Shown here: positions 26,550 to 40,768 of the stretch, in pieces
How the letters are laid out: each line of letters begins with the position of its first letter
Numbering within the stretch: position 1 is the first letter of the stretch
From: Mytilus edulis
Taxonomy: Eukaryota
Direction: 5' to 3'
DNA: 64,000 nt
Assembly: GCF_963676685.1 (NCBI RefSeq)
Contig: NC_092354.1
Coordinates: forward strand, 10,602,001 to 10,666,000
The notes under the pieces: model-generated
Databases searched by the model: none
What the model was told of the DNA's origin: nothing
The model's input: only the letters and a program-made list of their open reading frames with translations
Made by a program: the position numbers and the translations under genes

Positions 26550-27938
26550 AGTAGTTTACATAATGTTGCCGGTAATTTTAGATATCGCCCTCTTTCAATA
26601 GATAAAGTATGAGCACTTAACAGTAGTTTACATAATGTTGCCGGTATTTTTAGATATCGCCCTCTTTCAAAAGATAAAGTATGAGCACTTAACAGTAGTT
26701 TACATAATGTTGCCGGTATTTTTAGATATCGCCCTCTTTCAATAGATAAAGTATGAGCACATAACAGTAGTTTACATAATGTTGCCGGTAATTTGAGATA
26801 TCGCCCTCTTGCAAGAGATTAAGTATGAGCACTTAACAGTAGTTTACATAATGTTGCCGGTATTTTTAGATATCGCCCTCTTTCAATAGATAAAGTATGA
26901 GCACTTAACAGTAGTTTACATAATGTTGCCGGTAATTTGAGATATCGCCCTCTTGCAAGAGATTAAGTATGAGCACTTAACAGTAGTTTACATAATGTTG
27001 CCGGTATTTTTAGATATCGCCCTCTTTTAATAGATAAAGTATGAGCACTTAACAGTAGTTTACATAATGTTGCCGGTAATTTGAGTTATCGCCCTCTTGC
27101 AAGAGATTAAGTATGAGCACTTAACAGTAGTTTACATAATGTTGCCGGTAATTTGAGATATCGCCCTCTTTCAATAGATTAAGTATGAGCACTTAACAGT
27201 AGTTTACATAATGTTGCCGGTATTTTTAGATATCGCCCTCTTTCAAAAGATAAAGTATGAGCACTTGACAGTAGTTTACATAATGTTGCCGGTAATTTGA
27301 GATATCGCCCTCTTCCAATAGATAAAGTATGAGCACTTAACAGTAGTTTACATAATGTTGCCGGTAATTTGAGATATCGCCCTCTTTCAATAGATTAAGT
27401 ATGAGCACTTAACAGTAGTTTACATAATGTTGCCGGTAATTTGAGTTATCGCCCTCTTGCAAGAGATTAAGTATGAGCACTTAACAGTAGTTTACATAAT
27501 GTTGCCGGTAATTTGAGATATCGCCCTCTTTCAATAGATTAAGTATGAGCACTTAACAGTAGTTTACATAATGTTGCCGGTAATTTGAGATATCGCCCTC
27601 TTCCAATAGATAAAGTATGAGCACTTAACAGTAGTTTACATAATGTTGCCGGTATTTTTAGATATCGCCCTCTTTCAAAAGATAAAGTATGAGCACTTGA
27701 CAGTAGTTTACATAATGTTGCCGGTAATTTGAGATATCGCCCTCTTCCAATAGATAAAGTATGAGCACTTAACAGTAGTTTACATAATGTTGCCGGTAAT
27801 TTGAGATACCGCCCTCTTTCAATAGATAAAGTATGAGCACTTGACAGTAGTTTACATAATGTTGCCGGTAATTTGAGATACCGCCCTCTTTTAATAGATA
27901 AAGTATGAGCACTTAACAGTAGTTTACATAATGTTGCC
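26550..27938. repeat. 72-bp minisatellite, about 19 copies
   Basis: CAGTAGTTTACATAATGTTGCCGG at 26621, 26693 and onward. Confidence 0.95.
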
Positions 27939-28045
27939 TATCACATTTGAATTTGCATTGATCAACATACGAGGGTCTTCTATTTGGTTTATATTGTATA
28001 TTTTGTAATTTTGTATTTTGATTGATGTCAGTCGTTTGCTTCTGG

Positions 28046-28170
28046 AATAAAATTGAGAATGGAAATGGGAAATGTGTCAAAGAGACAACAACCCGACCGT
28101 AGAAAAAAAAACAACAGCAGAAGGTCACCAACAGGTCTTCAATGTAGCGAGAAATTCCCGCACTCGGAGG
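28046..28170. repeat. SINE-like interspersed repeat (ATAAAATTGAGAATGGAAATGGG family)
   Basis: Other copies near 40011, 47033, 49290 (inverted) and 1550 (inverted). Confidence 0.7.
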
Positions 28171-29677
28171 CGAAGGCTATAGCGTTGATTCTCTCTTTAA
28201 TGGGTGTTAAATACATTTTAATATTAATAGGATTTAGATTAATAAAATCATGAAAATGAAATCCAAGTTATTTTGTTCAGATGCTTGATATATTTTTAGG
28301 GCAAGTGAATTACTGATTTGACTCAACTATATGAAGCCAATATTAAGTAATAAATGGAAAGCGAATATTTTATGTTTTTATATATATATATATATATATA
28401 TGCATGTATGCACGAAACTTGTTAAGGATTTGACCAAAATTTAAAAAGGTATGTACATTTATCGCCATTGAATTATAGAACCACTAGCTGTAATCAAAGG
28501 TCTATAAATGATTTTAACAAAATCTAATTTATTTTTGAAGATCTCGTCTCACTAAATATGTTTTCTTATTTAAATGTCTAGCTTGCCTCTATTGTATAAA
28601 TACTTTCCAATAGACAATAAACAAATAAGCGGCCAAAAGCTGTAAACATTGTCATTAAAGAGTGAGCACTGACCATATCGGTTAATTTATTTATTTGTCA
28701 ACAAATGCCCGAGTGGACACAGTGTATATAAAGTGCGAATCCAGCTAGTTCATTTTTACTGTTATATGCGGGTATGTCTATTGTAGAATAAAGGATCATG
28801 GGAAAACTGTATTTGTTTACGTTTTGAAAATATCAAGTTACAGGATTTTAAGTTAAGTTTTAACATATTTTCATTGTGATATGTCTTTATAATATACAAA
28901 CATAGCATTAAAGTTCAAATAAGTGTTATAAAAGCATCATAATATAGCATATCGATTATTGAAAGCGATCCATTTTAACTATAGATGCGATGAATTATCA
29001 CTGTTAGAGCAGTCATTATTAATGTAGAATTTTCAAAGATGCGAGGAATTTTTATTGTAGAATTATGTGATAAATGCACTTGCAACAAATGAAAAAAAAC
29101 TTAGTTGATGACTTTAGGATTTATGATACATGTATTTTCAAATTGAAATACAAACTCCTCATTCATTCTTCATCAAATATATAGCTTTTCAAACTTCAGT
29201 GTAACAAAAGCGATTCTCAAAATGTCATATTGTATTCTTCAGATTACGTTTCTCCTTGATTTTAACTTATATAGGGAATCACTGGAAGGTGACAGCAGCG
29301 GGCCCTCTTAGGCAGTCAGTGGGCCCCTACTTATGAAAAATTCTAGATCCGCGAATGGATACTACCGCAGAGGTAAAACCATGCACATTTGGGTTATTGT
29401 ACACGAAATGCATGCTACAATTCATTTTTGTTTATTTTAGACCCTTTGGAACTCTATGTGTGCTATTTCAGCAACTAGACAAAAAATCCCCGAACTAGAT
29501 ACACGGTTAGATTCAGCATGTCAACGAATTCCAAATATCTATATTAAAGGACTTTTGTCTATAAATTTGGACCCCACAAAATTGAAAAAGTGACCAAAAA
29601 AAATAAAAAAATGCATGCATCGGATACATTTGTTATTGAAGGTATGACTGCAACAATAGGATGAATATGTATAGATT

Positions 29678-30350
29678 ATTACATGGCATTTTTCATATCA
29701 AACCCTTTATCGGCCCAAGGTTGTGATATCAGCCCAAGAGCCGCAGGCTCGAGGGCTGATGTCATGAACGAGGGCCGATAAAGGGTCTGATATGAAAAAT
29801 GACATGTAATTATCTTTTTATCATATACTTCAGCAGAAAATATACAGAGAAGAACTATTAAAATTCAATTTTGATTGTCCTTGCACTTTCAGAAGATATT
29901 TACAGACAACCAAAACAAGTTCTTTACTTTAATTGTTTTATTGATATAGCAACCATGCCAGGTATTTTATTTGTTTTGTCACAACAGTCATCATGTTCTT
30001 CAATAATATTGTCACCTCATTTATGTCTTTCAAAACATGTTAAACTTAATTCATTTTGCTCTTCAACTATTTTGGGAAAAGTCTTATCACTTGCCGTTTT
30101 CCGCGTTCTGTTTTCGTTTTCAATCAAATTTCCGGAAATGCACGAAGTTGCATGTGATAAACGTCACGGAAATTAACGGAAAGGCATGTGATAACATTCC
30201 GGAAGCAGTCAATAAAGGTACCTTTATCAGCCCGCTATGGAAATTCTTAAGAATCTGGTCAATTAACCTAGTAATCCTTTCATAGCCTTTTGATATTTTC
30301 AAATGTTATTGAACTGTAAAATTTTAGTAATATTTTATACAAGTATATGA
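29678..30350. mobile_element. Non-autonomous element with a 130-bp nested hairpin (Crypton-like?)
   Basis: Inverted arms span 29678-29810 around a GAGCCGCAGGCTC loop. A partial third arm (CCTTTATCAGCCC) lies near 30221. Confidence 0.45.
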
Positions 30351-30719
30351 TAAACAAAAATATCTTATTCTTGGGTCTCATTGGGGGGTTCTGATCCCGG
30401 ATCCCGCTTACTGTTTTGTCAGATTCCCGTATTCAGCTTATTGTTTTGTCGAATTCCCGTATCCCGCTTATACTATGCAGTTCTAATTTTTATCCGTGTC
30501 CCGCTAGACCTCATTTCCTGTTTTTCACTACACAATCATTTGACTTTCACCTGTCACGCTTGCAAAAAATCGGCAATCCGGCGTGACGCTTATACCCAAA
30601 TGCGACCCACTATTTTACTCTATTTTGATGCATATTAAGCCCATTATAAATGTATTAAAAAAGTAGCGTAGATTTTTTTATCCCTTTTTATCCCGTCTCG
30701 TTTCGTTTTTGAGCCATAT

Positions 30720-30900
30720 ATAGATGTCGTATGTGACAATGAGACAACTCTCCATCCGAGTCACAATTTATAACAGTAGACCATTATACGTCAAAATACG
30801 GTCTTCAACATGGAGTCTTGGCTCACACCGAACAGCAAGTTATAAAGGGCTCCAGTGTGAAACCTTTTAAACGGGAAAACAAAGGTGCAATCTATATCAA
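30720..30900. repeat. SINE-like interspersed repeat (AAGATGTGGTATGAGTGCCAATGAGACAACTCTCC family)
   Basis: Other copies near 14700, 19600, 32880, 48320, 62740 and 63120. Confidence 0.7.
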
Positions 30901-32218
30901 GATGTACGTAATTAGTGGTGAAGTGTCATGGAAATGGATAAAAAAATAAGGATAAAGATCCCTATACGCTTTATAAGAAACTAAATGAATAGGCATAGTT
31001 TAACCTGTATTTTTAATATTTGAATTAAATTGGGTGTTATCATAATGATTATCCAATAAAAAAAAGCAAGCCAATCAACTAAAGTCTTGCTTTACATGCT
31101 CAAAGAAATGAGCTGTAATAGATAAAAAAAAATTATACAGTGAAAATGCACCGCATATACAATAATAATGATTCGCTCCACAGTGAAAATGAAAGAATAG
31201 TATCATTATTCGACAGTAAACATGACTAGCATTACGAAATCATCATAGTGGAATTTAGTTAAATATGAAGAAACTGAATGACAAAACATATTGCACGTTA
31301 TACAACTTTAATAATTGTATTAAAATGAATAGTTTTTACTGCAAAAACATCTAACCTGTTAGTATTAAAGCACCTGCACGATCTGTTCATGAAATGTCCT
31401 AAATATTCACTTATTTTGGTATATATTTCACAGCTGGATGGATTTAGGCGCAATAAAACCCCGCTCGCATCTCTTACTTTGTTTTATTAGTATTATGTAT
31501 TTCTGAACATATACATTTTAACTAATTTTCTTGATTTTCTTCAGAAATTAAAAAAAGTTCTTCTGTTTATTTATCATTCTACATTAGACATTTATGGCAT
31601 ATACAGTAAAAATGATATTTTAGGATCCGCACTTTACATACACTGGGACATAGGATTTTAATTATCTCCATTTCAAGAAATAATTGTAAATTGCGTTTAA
31701 AGTAAAAAAAAATAAAGAGAAAAACACTATATATACACATTATATACAATGAATTTTCAATCTAACAAAGAACTTTTAAAATGAAATAAATATAAAGGGA
31801 CTTTTAAAACCACAATTTTACATTTTTGTATACACAATTTATTATGATCCGTTTAAAGTAAAAAAATAAATAAAGTGAAAAACACTGATAAATGTCAAAT
31901 AGGCTTTCCATACAATTTTCAAATCTAACAAAGAACTTTTAAAATAAAATAAATATTAAAGGGACTTTTAAAACCACATTTTTACATTTTTTGTACACAA
32001 TTTATTATTATCCGTGGGGAGAACATAGACATCGCGATGTCAACATGTAATCAATATAAATACTTACAAATATAATGTGGAAGAATAGTGTAAAGGTAAA
32101 TAAACGTTCTCAAATTGACCAGGTCGTGGGTCTCAAAACACAATACAAAGGGAGATAATAGAGATAAACCTATGGAACGCACTTTTAATAAATATGTTAT
32201 CAAATAATCATGATAATA

Positions 32219-32777
32219 TCTATAATACTAAATTTACGAGATCCAATTTGTCAGCCGTCATCACGTAAAAACGACGAATCAAAGAATTCAACTTTATATA
32301 TAACTAATATAGTACAAAGGTGTAGATTAAAAATTATACCACTCCAGTCTCTTTTGTTTTCCGCGTAATTAATATTGCGAATAATAAGGTAGTTCCGGGT
32401 CGAGTCCGATACCGATACCAATAGTATATTCACCTGTTACCTATTACCTTATCTTTACGTTCCGCATATGACAGGCGCACCACCAAACGGTGTATTTAGA
32501 ATTTTGCTGTATACTATTGAATAAATAATATTATACTATTGAATAAATAATATTCCATTCCAGGCCTTTTGTTTTCCAAATTATTAATATTACCAATAAT
32601 TGATAGGTTCCAGGTCGACGGGTTCAAACAGAAAGATTTTAAAAGCAGAGAAAACTGTGCATTTTATAATCGGCATGACTTTTTGGCGGATGACAGTACC
32701 AATACTAAAATAAGGCATACGCATAGTTATATACTTTAATTCCGTCACGGATCCGCGATATCACGGGTGTGTTCTAG
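32219..32777 (+). mobile_element. Non-autonomous Helitron
   Basis: 5' TCTATAATACT after A; 3' hairpin CCGCGATATCACGG followed by TTCTAG then T (A|T insertion site). Confidence 0.8.
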
Positions 32778-35139
32778 TACGATTGAAAATTCGGAATGCA
32801 GCAACGAGAACTGGCTTATGACAAGTCGGGAACAAAACTTGACTTTCCATACAGTTTATGTACTCACCTAAATTGTTACTTGGATGGAGAGTTGTCTCAT
32901 TGGCACTCATACATCACATCTTCCTACATATATCTATTTTTCAATCTAACAAAGAACTATATTAACATATAAAGGTAAACGATATTTTCACAATTTCACA
33001 TGTTGTATACATAGTACTACATAAATTAACTATTATTCCCGTGCGAGAGAACAAAGACATAATGTGATATCAAAATGTTGTTAATAAAAACTTACCAATC
33101 GATTGTGAAAGAATAGCAAAGGTAAACGATCTCAAGTTGACCACGTTTGACCAGGTCGTGGGTCACCAAACACAATGCAAAGGGAGTTTATGGAACGCAC
33201 TTTCAATAAATATATATATAATCAAATATACTATTGGCAAAATTGGAATACAGTTCCGATCGAGAACTTTCAGTGATCCTTATAAAAGATCGGGAACAAA
33301 ACTTGTACATTATTTCAGGGTGTGCCAATTGTAGTTTCCTTCTGTTATTTTTCTACATGATAATACTTAATTGTTATTGCAGTTGCGAATCAAGAGGGGG
33401 TCCGGGGCTGAAACCCCTTTTCTTTGGACGAGTTGCATTTGAATCAGGACTTATGGTTGGAACCCACCCTTAATTTGTCCTGTATGGGAACTCCTCCTCC
33501 CCCCCTTTTTTTTTAGAATGGTTGGATCCGCCCCTGGCTTGTTTGGGTTATTGACCAATGATGGACTACGCCTTATAATTCTAGAAGTAATACACGTACT
33601 GTTTACCGACATACATTGTATTTTTTCAGATTGCCGGTTGACATTTTGTCTTTCTTTTTTCTGTGCGATTACATTTAAAGAACGTAATAGAAAATATTAA
33701 TTCTATGCTCACATTGGCAAGTAATTGTTTCTGTCATAAGGAAATAATGTTCAAAATAAAATATACTTGGATCATTTCAAGATTTCAGATGTTCTTTTCT
33801 TGCGATAACAATTTAACTTATGGTACATAAAGTTAAGCGAAAAACAATTATCCGCTGTATTTGTACGAGGCTAGGAAACAAGGTGTATGCAAGACTACAC
33901 CTGTTTCGAGCCGAGTGCAAATACAGCTGATATTTAAAGGCACTAAACAGTTATTGTCTTTATCCTGCAATTAACTCTGTAGATTGTTTGTGTTTTGAAA
34001 GACACAACAAACTACCATATTTAGCATTTATTTTCGATTTGTAATCCCTTGAGGCCTGCGTAGTAATATTCAAATCACACATTTTACGCTGAAGACGGTA
34101 TCGCAAAAAAGAATCTCGAATGGTCAACAATAATACATCGCTCAAGATGAATAATTGTCTATTTTAACGTAACAACTAATTTCAACAGTAAAAACAAATA
34201 ACAAAACATTGTCAATTTTGGAACAGAAGTGTACGAGTTGTCCTACGCTTCAGACTTGACATTCACTAAACATGCATGCTGAAATTGACATGACAATCAT
34301 ACACATTCAAGTGGGCGCAGTGGGCGCAGCTTTAAAGCGATATCTGTATAGTATACAGATACAGCATAGCGATATCTGTAGGCCTGTATCTGTATAGTAC
34401 GACACCCAATTGCAAGATAAATAGCAAGTCATGCACACAAAATTACACATATAAACATGATAAAGCAAGAGTTCATACCAGTATATAAACATGCGGCACA
34501 AAAGTTCTTTAAGCATCTCACAAGTCAAACACATACTGATACACCCAATTTTGAGATAAAAACACAAAAGCAAAAAATAAAATGGTTTGCACATACAAAG
34601 CACATTTAAAGCACATATAGACTAGTTAGTTACTAAAATTAGCACAAAGCAGCAGGTAATCATGGTGATGTAAAGTAAAGTACTATATAGAATATAGTTT
34701 ACTATAATAAATATAACAAATGAAAATGAATTTGCCATCCTGAAAATTAAGTATTAAACCGAAAATAATCAACAGAAATTAATTTGTATTGCATGCAAAC
34801 CATTGGCATTAACTGCCAGGTCTACCAAGAATTAATCAAGTTTTTGAATTGATTTAAAGATGATATATATGACGAAGCTCATCTGACAACTCAATCCAAA
34901 GTGTAGCAAGTCCATTAATATAGGTGTTACATTTTTGCACATATTTATTCTGTCTAACCTAAAACAAAAATAAATGGCAAAATACAGACGTTCTAATGCA
35001 GACAACAATTAAATGCCAGTCCCGACGACGACCATGTTATTGGCTGCTTTGTCTTAAGATCAACTAAAGTGGAAATTATTTCACGTCAAAACAGTACCTT
35101 TATATCCCGACTTGTGCTGACAAAAATCATTGTAATTTA

Positions 35140-36470
35140 ATTAAACATTAGAGCTTAGCTACTAATACTGGGTCCCGTTAAACCAACGGTATATCAACAT
35201 AACTTTAATTAAATATTAGAGCTTAGCTAGGCCTACTAGTACTGGGTCCCGTTAAAACAACGGTATATCAACATAACTTTAATTAAATATTAGGGCTTAG
35301 CTAGGCCTAATCATTCCCGTTAAACCAACGGTATATCAATATAACTTAAATTCAATATTCTGGCTTAGCTATGCCTTAATGGTTCCCGTTAAACCAACGG
35401 TAAATCAACACAACTTTAATTAAATATTAGAGCTTAGCTAGGCCTACTGGGTCCCGTTAAACCAACGGTATATCAACATAACTTTATTTAAATATTAGCG
35501 CTTAGCTAGACCTACTGGTTCCCGTTAAAATAACGGTATATCAACATACCTTTTATTAAATATAACAGCGTAGCTATAGGCCTATTGAGACCCGTTAAAC
35601 CAATGGTATATCAACATACCTTTAATAAAATGTTAGAGCGTAACTATAGGCCTACTTGGTCCCATTAAACCAATGGTTAAACCAATGGTATATCAACATA
35701 CCTTTAATTACATAGTAGAGCGTAGTTATGTCTACTTGGTCCTGTTTAACCAACGGTATATCAACATACCTTTAATTACACGTCAGAGCGTAGAGCTATA
35801 GGCCTACTGGATGCCGGTAAAGCAACGATATATCAAGATATCTTTAGTTATTCATTATAGTGTAGCTAGGCCTACTGGGTCCTGTTAAACTAACCGGCGG
35901 TATATTAACATACCTTTAATTATATATTGTGTAGCTTGGCCTACAGGGTCCCGTTAAACCAACGGTTTATCAACATACCTTTAATAATATATTATAGTGT
36001 AGCTAGGCCTACTGGGTCCCGTTAAACTAACGTTATATCAACGTAACTTTAATTTGATATCATGATCATGATGATAGTGTAACTAGGCCTTCTGGGTCCA
36101 GTTAAAACAACGGTATCATGGGTATATCAACATACCTTTTATTAAATATAAGGGCGTAGCTATGTCTACTGTGTTCCGTTAAATTAACGGTATATCAATA
36201 TACATTTAATAAAATATTACAGCTTAGCTAGGTCTACTGGGTCCCGTTAAACTAACGGTAAATCAACATACCTTTGATTGAATATAGAACGCAACTAAAC
36301 CTACTGGGTCCTGTTAAACCAACGGTAAATCAACATACCTTGAATTAAACATGTTCAATATTAGAGCGTAGCTAGGCCTTCTGCGTCCCGTTACATCAAC
36401 GGTAAATCAACACACCTATAATAAATATTAGGGCGTAGCTAGGACTACTGGGTCCCGTTAAACCAACGGT
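35140..36470. repeat. Degenerate satellite of about 67 bp, about 19 copies
   Basis: GGGTCCCGTTAAACCAACGGTATATCAACATA...TAGCTAGGCCTACT repeated. Confidence 0.9.
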
Positions 36471-38292
36471 ATTTGTTGTCTTATATTTGTATTAAAAGTT
36501 TCTTTTTTAATCCGGTTAATTTGAGGTAGCGGGCGCGTAGCTACGTTTACGTCAAAACGCCCGGGCGTACACTTGAATTTTGTTAAAAAAATATTTTAAT
36601 CTAATTAAGAAAATAAAAACTTGAGAGAAGCACAGCAGCTTTATAATTCTTTCTTCGTTTGCTTGTAATTGCGGATCAATTGACGAAATTTACTTTTAAT
36701 CAAATGGTATCATATCATTTATTTGTTCATTTTCTGTCAAGTCTGAAGCTACTGTGAGTTTTATACTCCCTTACCTTTTGTTTTAAGCAATCCTTTATCT
36801 CCTTAGATTCATTTTGTGGTTTACAGTTTTGTCGAGCCTGTGACATACATTTGTATTTATAACACCAAAGCGTCACATAGCGATCCTACATTTCTTCGGC
36901 AACGTCAATATCTAGGTTAAGTATGTTGAGAAACTTATTTTTTAAATAATAATAAATTTGCCAAACCTTTGTGAAAGTTTCCAGAAGTTGAACAGAAACT
37001 GTTTATGGTCAAAAGAGTAAACTGACTGAGAGCATAATATTGAAGTTAGTTTTCCCGTGTTTTACGGACACAATTAACGGGTACTAAAAGTCATAGTGTG
37101 GGGTTAAAAATTTACACAACAAATTCATTGTCAAAACTTCATCGAATTGAATGAAACTTCAGCAGATTCCAAGCATTTTATTTTTGTCTGAAGCAAAGTT
37201 TTTAAAGTTAACTATTTGTTTATTCATTTTTCAGTATTATACTGATAGACTGTATGACTTTTTTTTAAATTATCAATGCACCAATCTTCATAAATTGTCA
37301 TGAAACTTGGCCCAAAACTAGTACTCCAGATCAAGAAAAAATGTCTAAAGAAAATTTGGATTTTTTTAAAATCCTGTAATGGACTGATAAATGGATTCAT
37401 TTTTTGCGGGGGGAATCCTTGACAAAAATAAATAGGGTCCACAGAACCCTTTACGATATCTCATTTTGCACCTAAACAATTAATGTTCATTTACGAAATT
37501 TGGAAATAGAAAGGTGATTTTGTTTGTTAATTGCTTTACCCTCACAGCTCATTTAAAACATATTTAAAAGCTACTGGATCCAATGATCATTATATTTCAA
37601 ATTAACAAAATGAATAATTTAACATAACAAATATAAACCATTTAGATTTTAAAGTATGTTGCTACTGATGAGTTTTTAATGACAGGAATGGTATTCATTC
37701 TCGTTAACTCATTAGCTTCCTTGGGCCTCGCTCCCTATATCTAATCCACTACAAGAACTTGTTTGACATGGATACGTTTGGAGTCCTCAAACCCTTCGCA
37801 AAGGTTCGGGCGTACACGTAAAAATTACCTAGCTACGCCACTGGTACGAATGAAGAACTTTTATAAAATGTATATAAAATGCTTTATATTGCATTACATT
37901 GTTTGTAATCATGCGTTCCATAGGTATATCTCTATTACCTCCCTTCGAAGTTTGTTTTGATATTAGCACAAACGAAAAAATACTTATATAATTGTATTTA
38001 CCTTTTCTAGTCTAATAAAAGGTAAGTTTTATATTTCTTCCACGTTACATATTCACTGAACCGTGTCGAACTATATTAATATCGTGTATTTTAAACCAAA
38101 ATGATTCACAGTCATTATACTGTCTTTGTTACATTGGAAAATGTATGGAAAGCACATTTAACATTGATTACATTACTATAAACTCTATCACGTACAATGA
38201 ATATTTTAAATAAACAAAATTAAAGTGCATATTTATATACACACATGGTTTTTAAAGGGGTCTCTGAATTTGTTTTAATGTTATAATATATA

Positions 38293-39642
38293 CTAGAACA
38301 CACCCGCGAAATCGCGGGCATTCAGAGCGTATTTGAAAGGATGAGGCCCCTCATTGGGGGGGGGGGGGGGGGGGGGGGTCCTAGTAATCACATAATCACC
38401 ATTTTTTTGCCAATATAATCACATAATCATTAAATATTTGCTTATCTTTAGTAATCAAATAATCATAAACTAAAAATACAGTCCTAGGTAATCAAATAAT
38501 CATGAAATATTTGGCTTAATAATCAAATAATCACTAAAAAAACGGCCAAGTAATCACAAAATCAAAAACCCCATGAGGGCCCTCAAGGATGTAAAGTGTT
38601 GTAGGAAGAATTATGAAAAAAGATTTAATGACTTGATAATTTCAGGAAGAGTATCAAAAGTCATAGGTACTTGGGGACAGGAAAATGTTTTTTTTAACCC
38701 TCCTCCTTTTTTTCCCAAATTCCCATTTTTTGTTTTCTATTAATTTCATTATGAACATACATTTAGTTAACATGTATTATGAACATTCCAGTCAGGAGCC
38801 TGTAATTCAGTGGTTCAGTGATATTTGTTTTTCGTTAATTTTTTGTACATAATAAGGCTGTTAGTTTTCTCATTTGAATTGTTTTACATTATCATTTCGG
38901 GGCCTTTTATATCAGACTATGCAGAGGCGGATTTAGGCCCCCCCCCACACTTTTTCTGGAAAATAGTTGGTTGCTTATATAGGAAATCACTGAAGCATGA
39001 CCGGAGCGGGCCCCTGCGTATGAAAATGTCCGGATCCGCCACTGCGGAGTGGCCCTGATCCCAATATATCCCGGGCTTAAAAACATGAAATTCCGATGTT
39101 CTGAATTTATTATACAAATTAAATATCTCGTCATCCCGAAATTCGAAAAAAGAAATCCCGGATCCCGAAATGGTCCATCCTGAAATTTCGATCTTCACCC
39201 TCTCTATAAAATAAACCTTGTGACTGCCGTGGATAGTAAACTTGAAAATGATAATCAGACAGAAAATACACTTAATTCGTGGTATATGTATTTGTTTCAA
39301 AGTTAAAAAAAACAAACACAAATCGGAGGTCTAATCTGACTTAAATTTCGTCTATTGACGGATAGAAGACAGAAAATACACTGTATTCGTAGTAATTATG
39401 TATGTTTCAAGTATACAGAAAAACGCAAACCGGAAGTCTAATATGACTTAAAATTTCGCCCAATGACGGAAACATGACGTCTTTTTGCTCGTTTTTCACC
39501 CAAAATAACTCAATCTGAATAATCATATGAATGGATGACAAATGCGATTATGCACTGTACCCATAGGACACAGAGGCATGATGATTAATTTATTGTGGAA
39601 AGAAGAGAAGCGACACCCAAAATGAGGTCTTCTCGTTAAATA
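38293..39642 (-). mobile_element. Non-autonomous Helitron with nested MITE and SINE insertions
   Basis: Plus strand CTAGAACACACCCGCGAAATCGCGGG is the reverse of a Helitron 3' end of the same type as at 32777. The far boundary is approximate. Confidence 0.6.
38343..38584 (-). mobile_element. MITE (GAGG...CCTC) with a 6-bp TSD (AAGGAT)
   Basis: Inverted near-identical copy of 7364-7591 with AAGGAT on both flanks. Confidence 0.85.
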
Positions 39643-40768
39643 AACTCATCATAGATACCAGGACTAAATTTAGTAAATACGCCAGACGCGCGCTTCGTCT
39701 ACATAAGACTCATCAGTGACGCTCGAATCCAAAAAAGTTAAAAAGCCAAAAATATAGATACTGGCATGACTGGTGTATAATCATGATAATAATTATATTA
39801 TTAAATGTTAAAGGTACATATTTTTTTCGACGCTATCAATCAAATTTTTATTTTCAAAAAACTTTTATAGGTATGGGACTAATCTGTATATATTTTTCTC
39901 ACTTGCACAAGTTGCATGACCACAGTATTGTTAACCATTTAAACTTAATTTCTACAAGTCAATTGTTTATTGAATTATTTTTTGTGTGAATTAGGTATGT
40001 CATGTATGTAATAAAATTGAGAATGGAAATGGGTAATGTGTCAAAGAGACAACAACCCGACCAAATAAAAAAAAAAACAACAGCAGAAGGTCACCAACAG
40101 GTCTTCAATGTAGCGAAGGCAGGCAGGTGGGTCCATTGATCAAGATGAAATCTCTTTGACATTGTTTTTTTCTTCACATTTAGTTGTTTTCTTTGAATAA
40201 ATGAAGGTCAAGTTCAATTTTCTTAATTTTGCCTTTCTTGTTGATGAATTGTTGAACTTTCCAAAGAAATCTACTTTTGATAAAATACTTATTAATTAGT
40301 TCTTTATCATTACTGTTCAAAGGGAAATAACTCAATTGCGTGAAAACGGTTTTTCAATATTTCTGTTCAAAGGGAAATAACTCAAATTTATATATGAGTA
40401 TAACTCTTGGCTATTGACATTGATGAGTGAAAAGTGTCACAAACAGGGTTACAAAAATACGAACCCGACCAAAAACTTGGGATGATTTCAGGTGTTCCGA
40501 GGGATTTATAAAGTATGGTTTGATTTATATGTAGCTCGATTATATTCATTATGTAATAATTAAATTTTATCATTTTTAGATGATTTGGACGAATTAAATT
40601 TTAAAGATTGGAAAAGAAGGCGCAAATCATATCATAAGTAAAAGGTTTAAACATCATGATCATGGAAATATAGCAGGCACCACTACAATATATGTCATTC
40701 TAATCAGACTAGACAATATAGATATTTAAATAGTTGTCTTCCCTAAACAACCTACAGACAATAAAGAG

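Noticed and set aside
36530-37843. Possible hAT-like element with GCGTAGCTA ends
   Set aside because: The TIR is imperfect and there is no convincing TSD, so boundaries are unsupported.
40580-40640. Possible upstream coding segment of the second ZNF gene (DLDELNFKDWKRRRKSYHK)
   Set aside because: It is followed by a stop, and there is another in-frame stop before the main ORF. It cannot be joined without transcript evidence.
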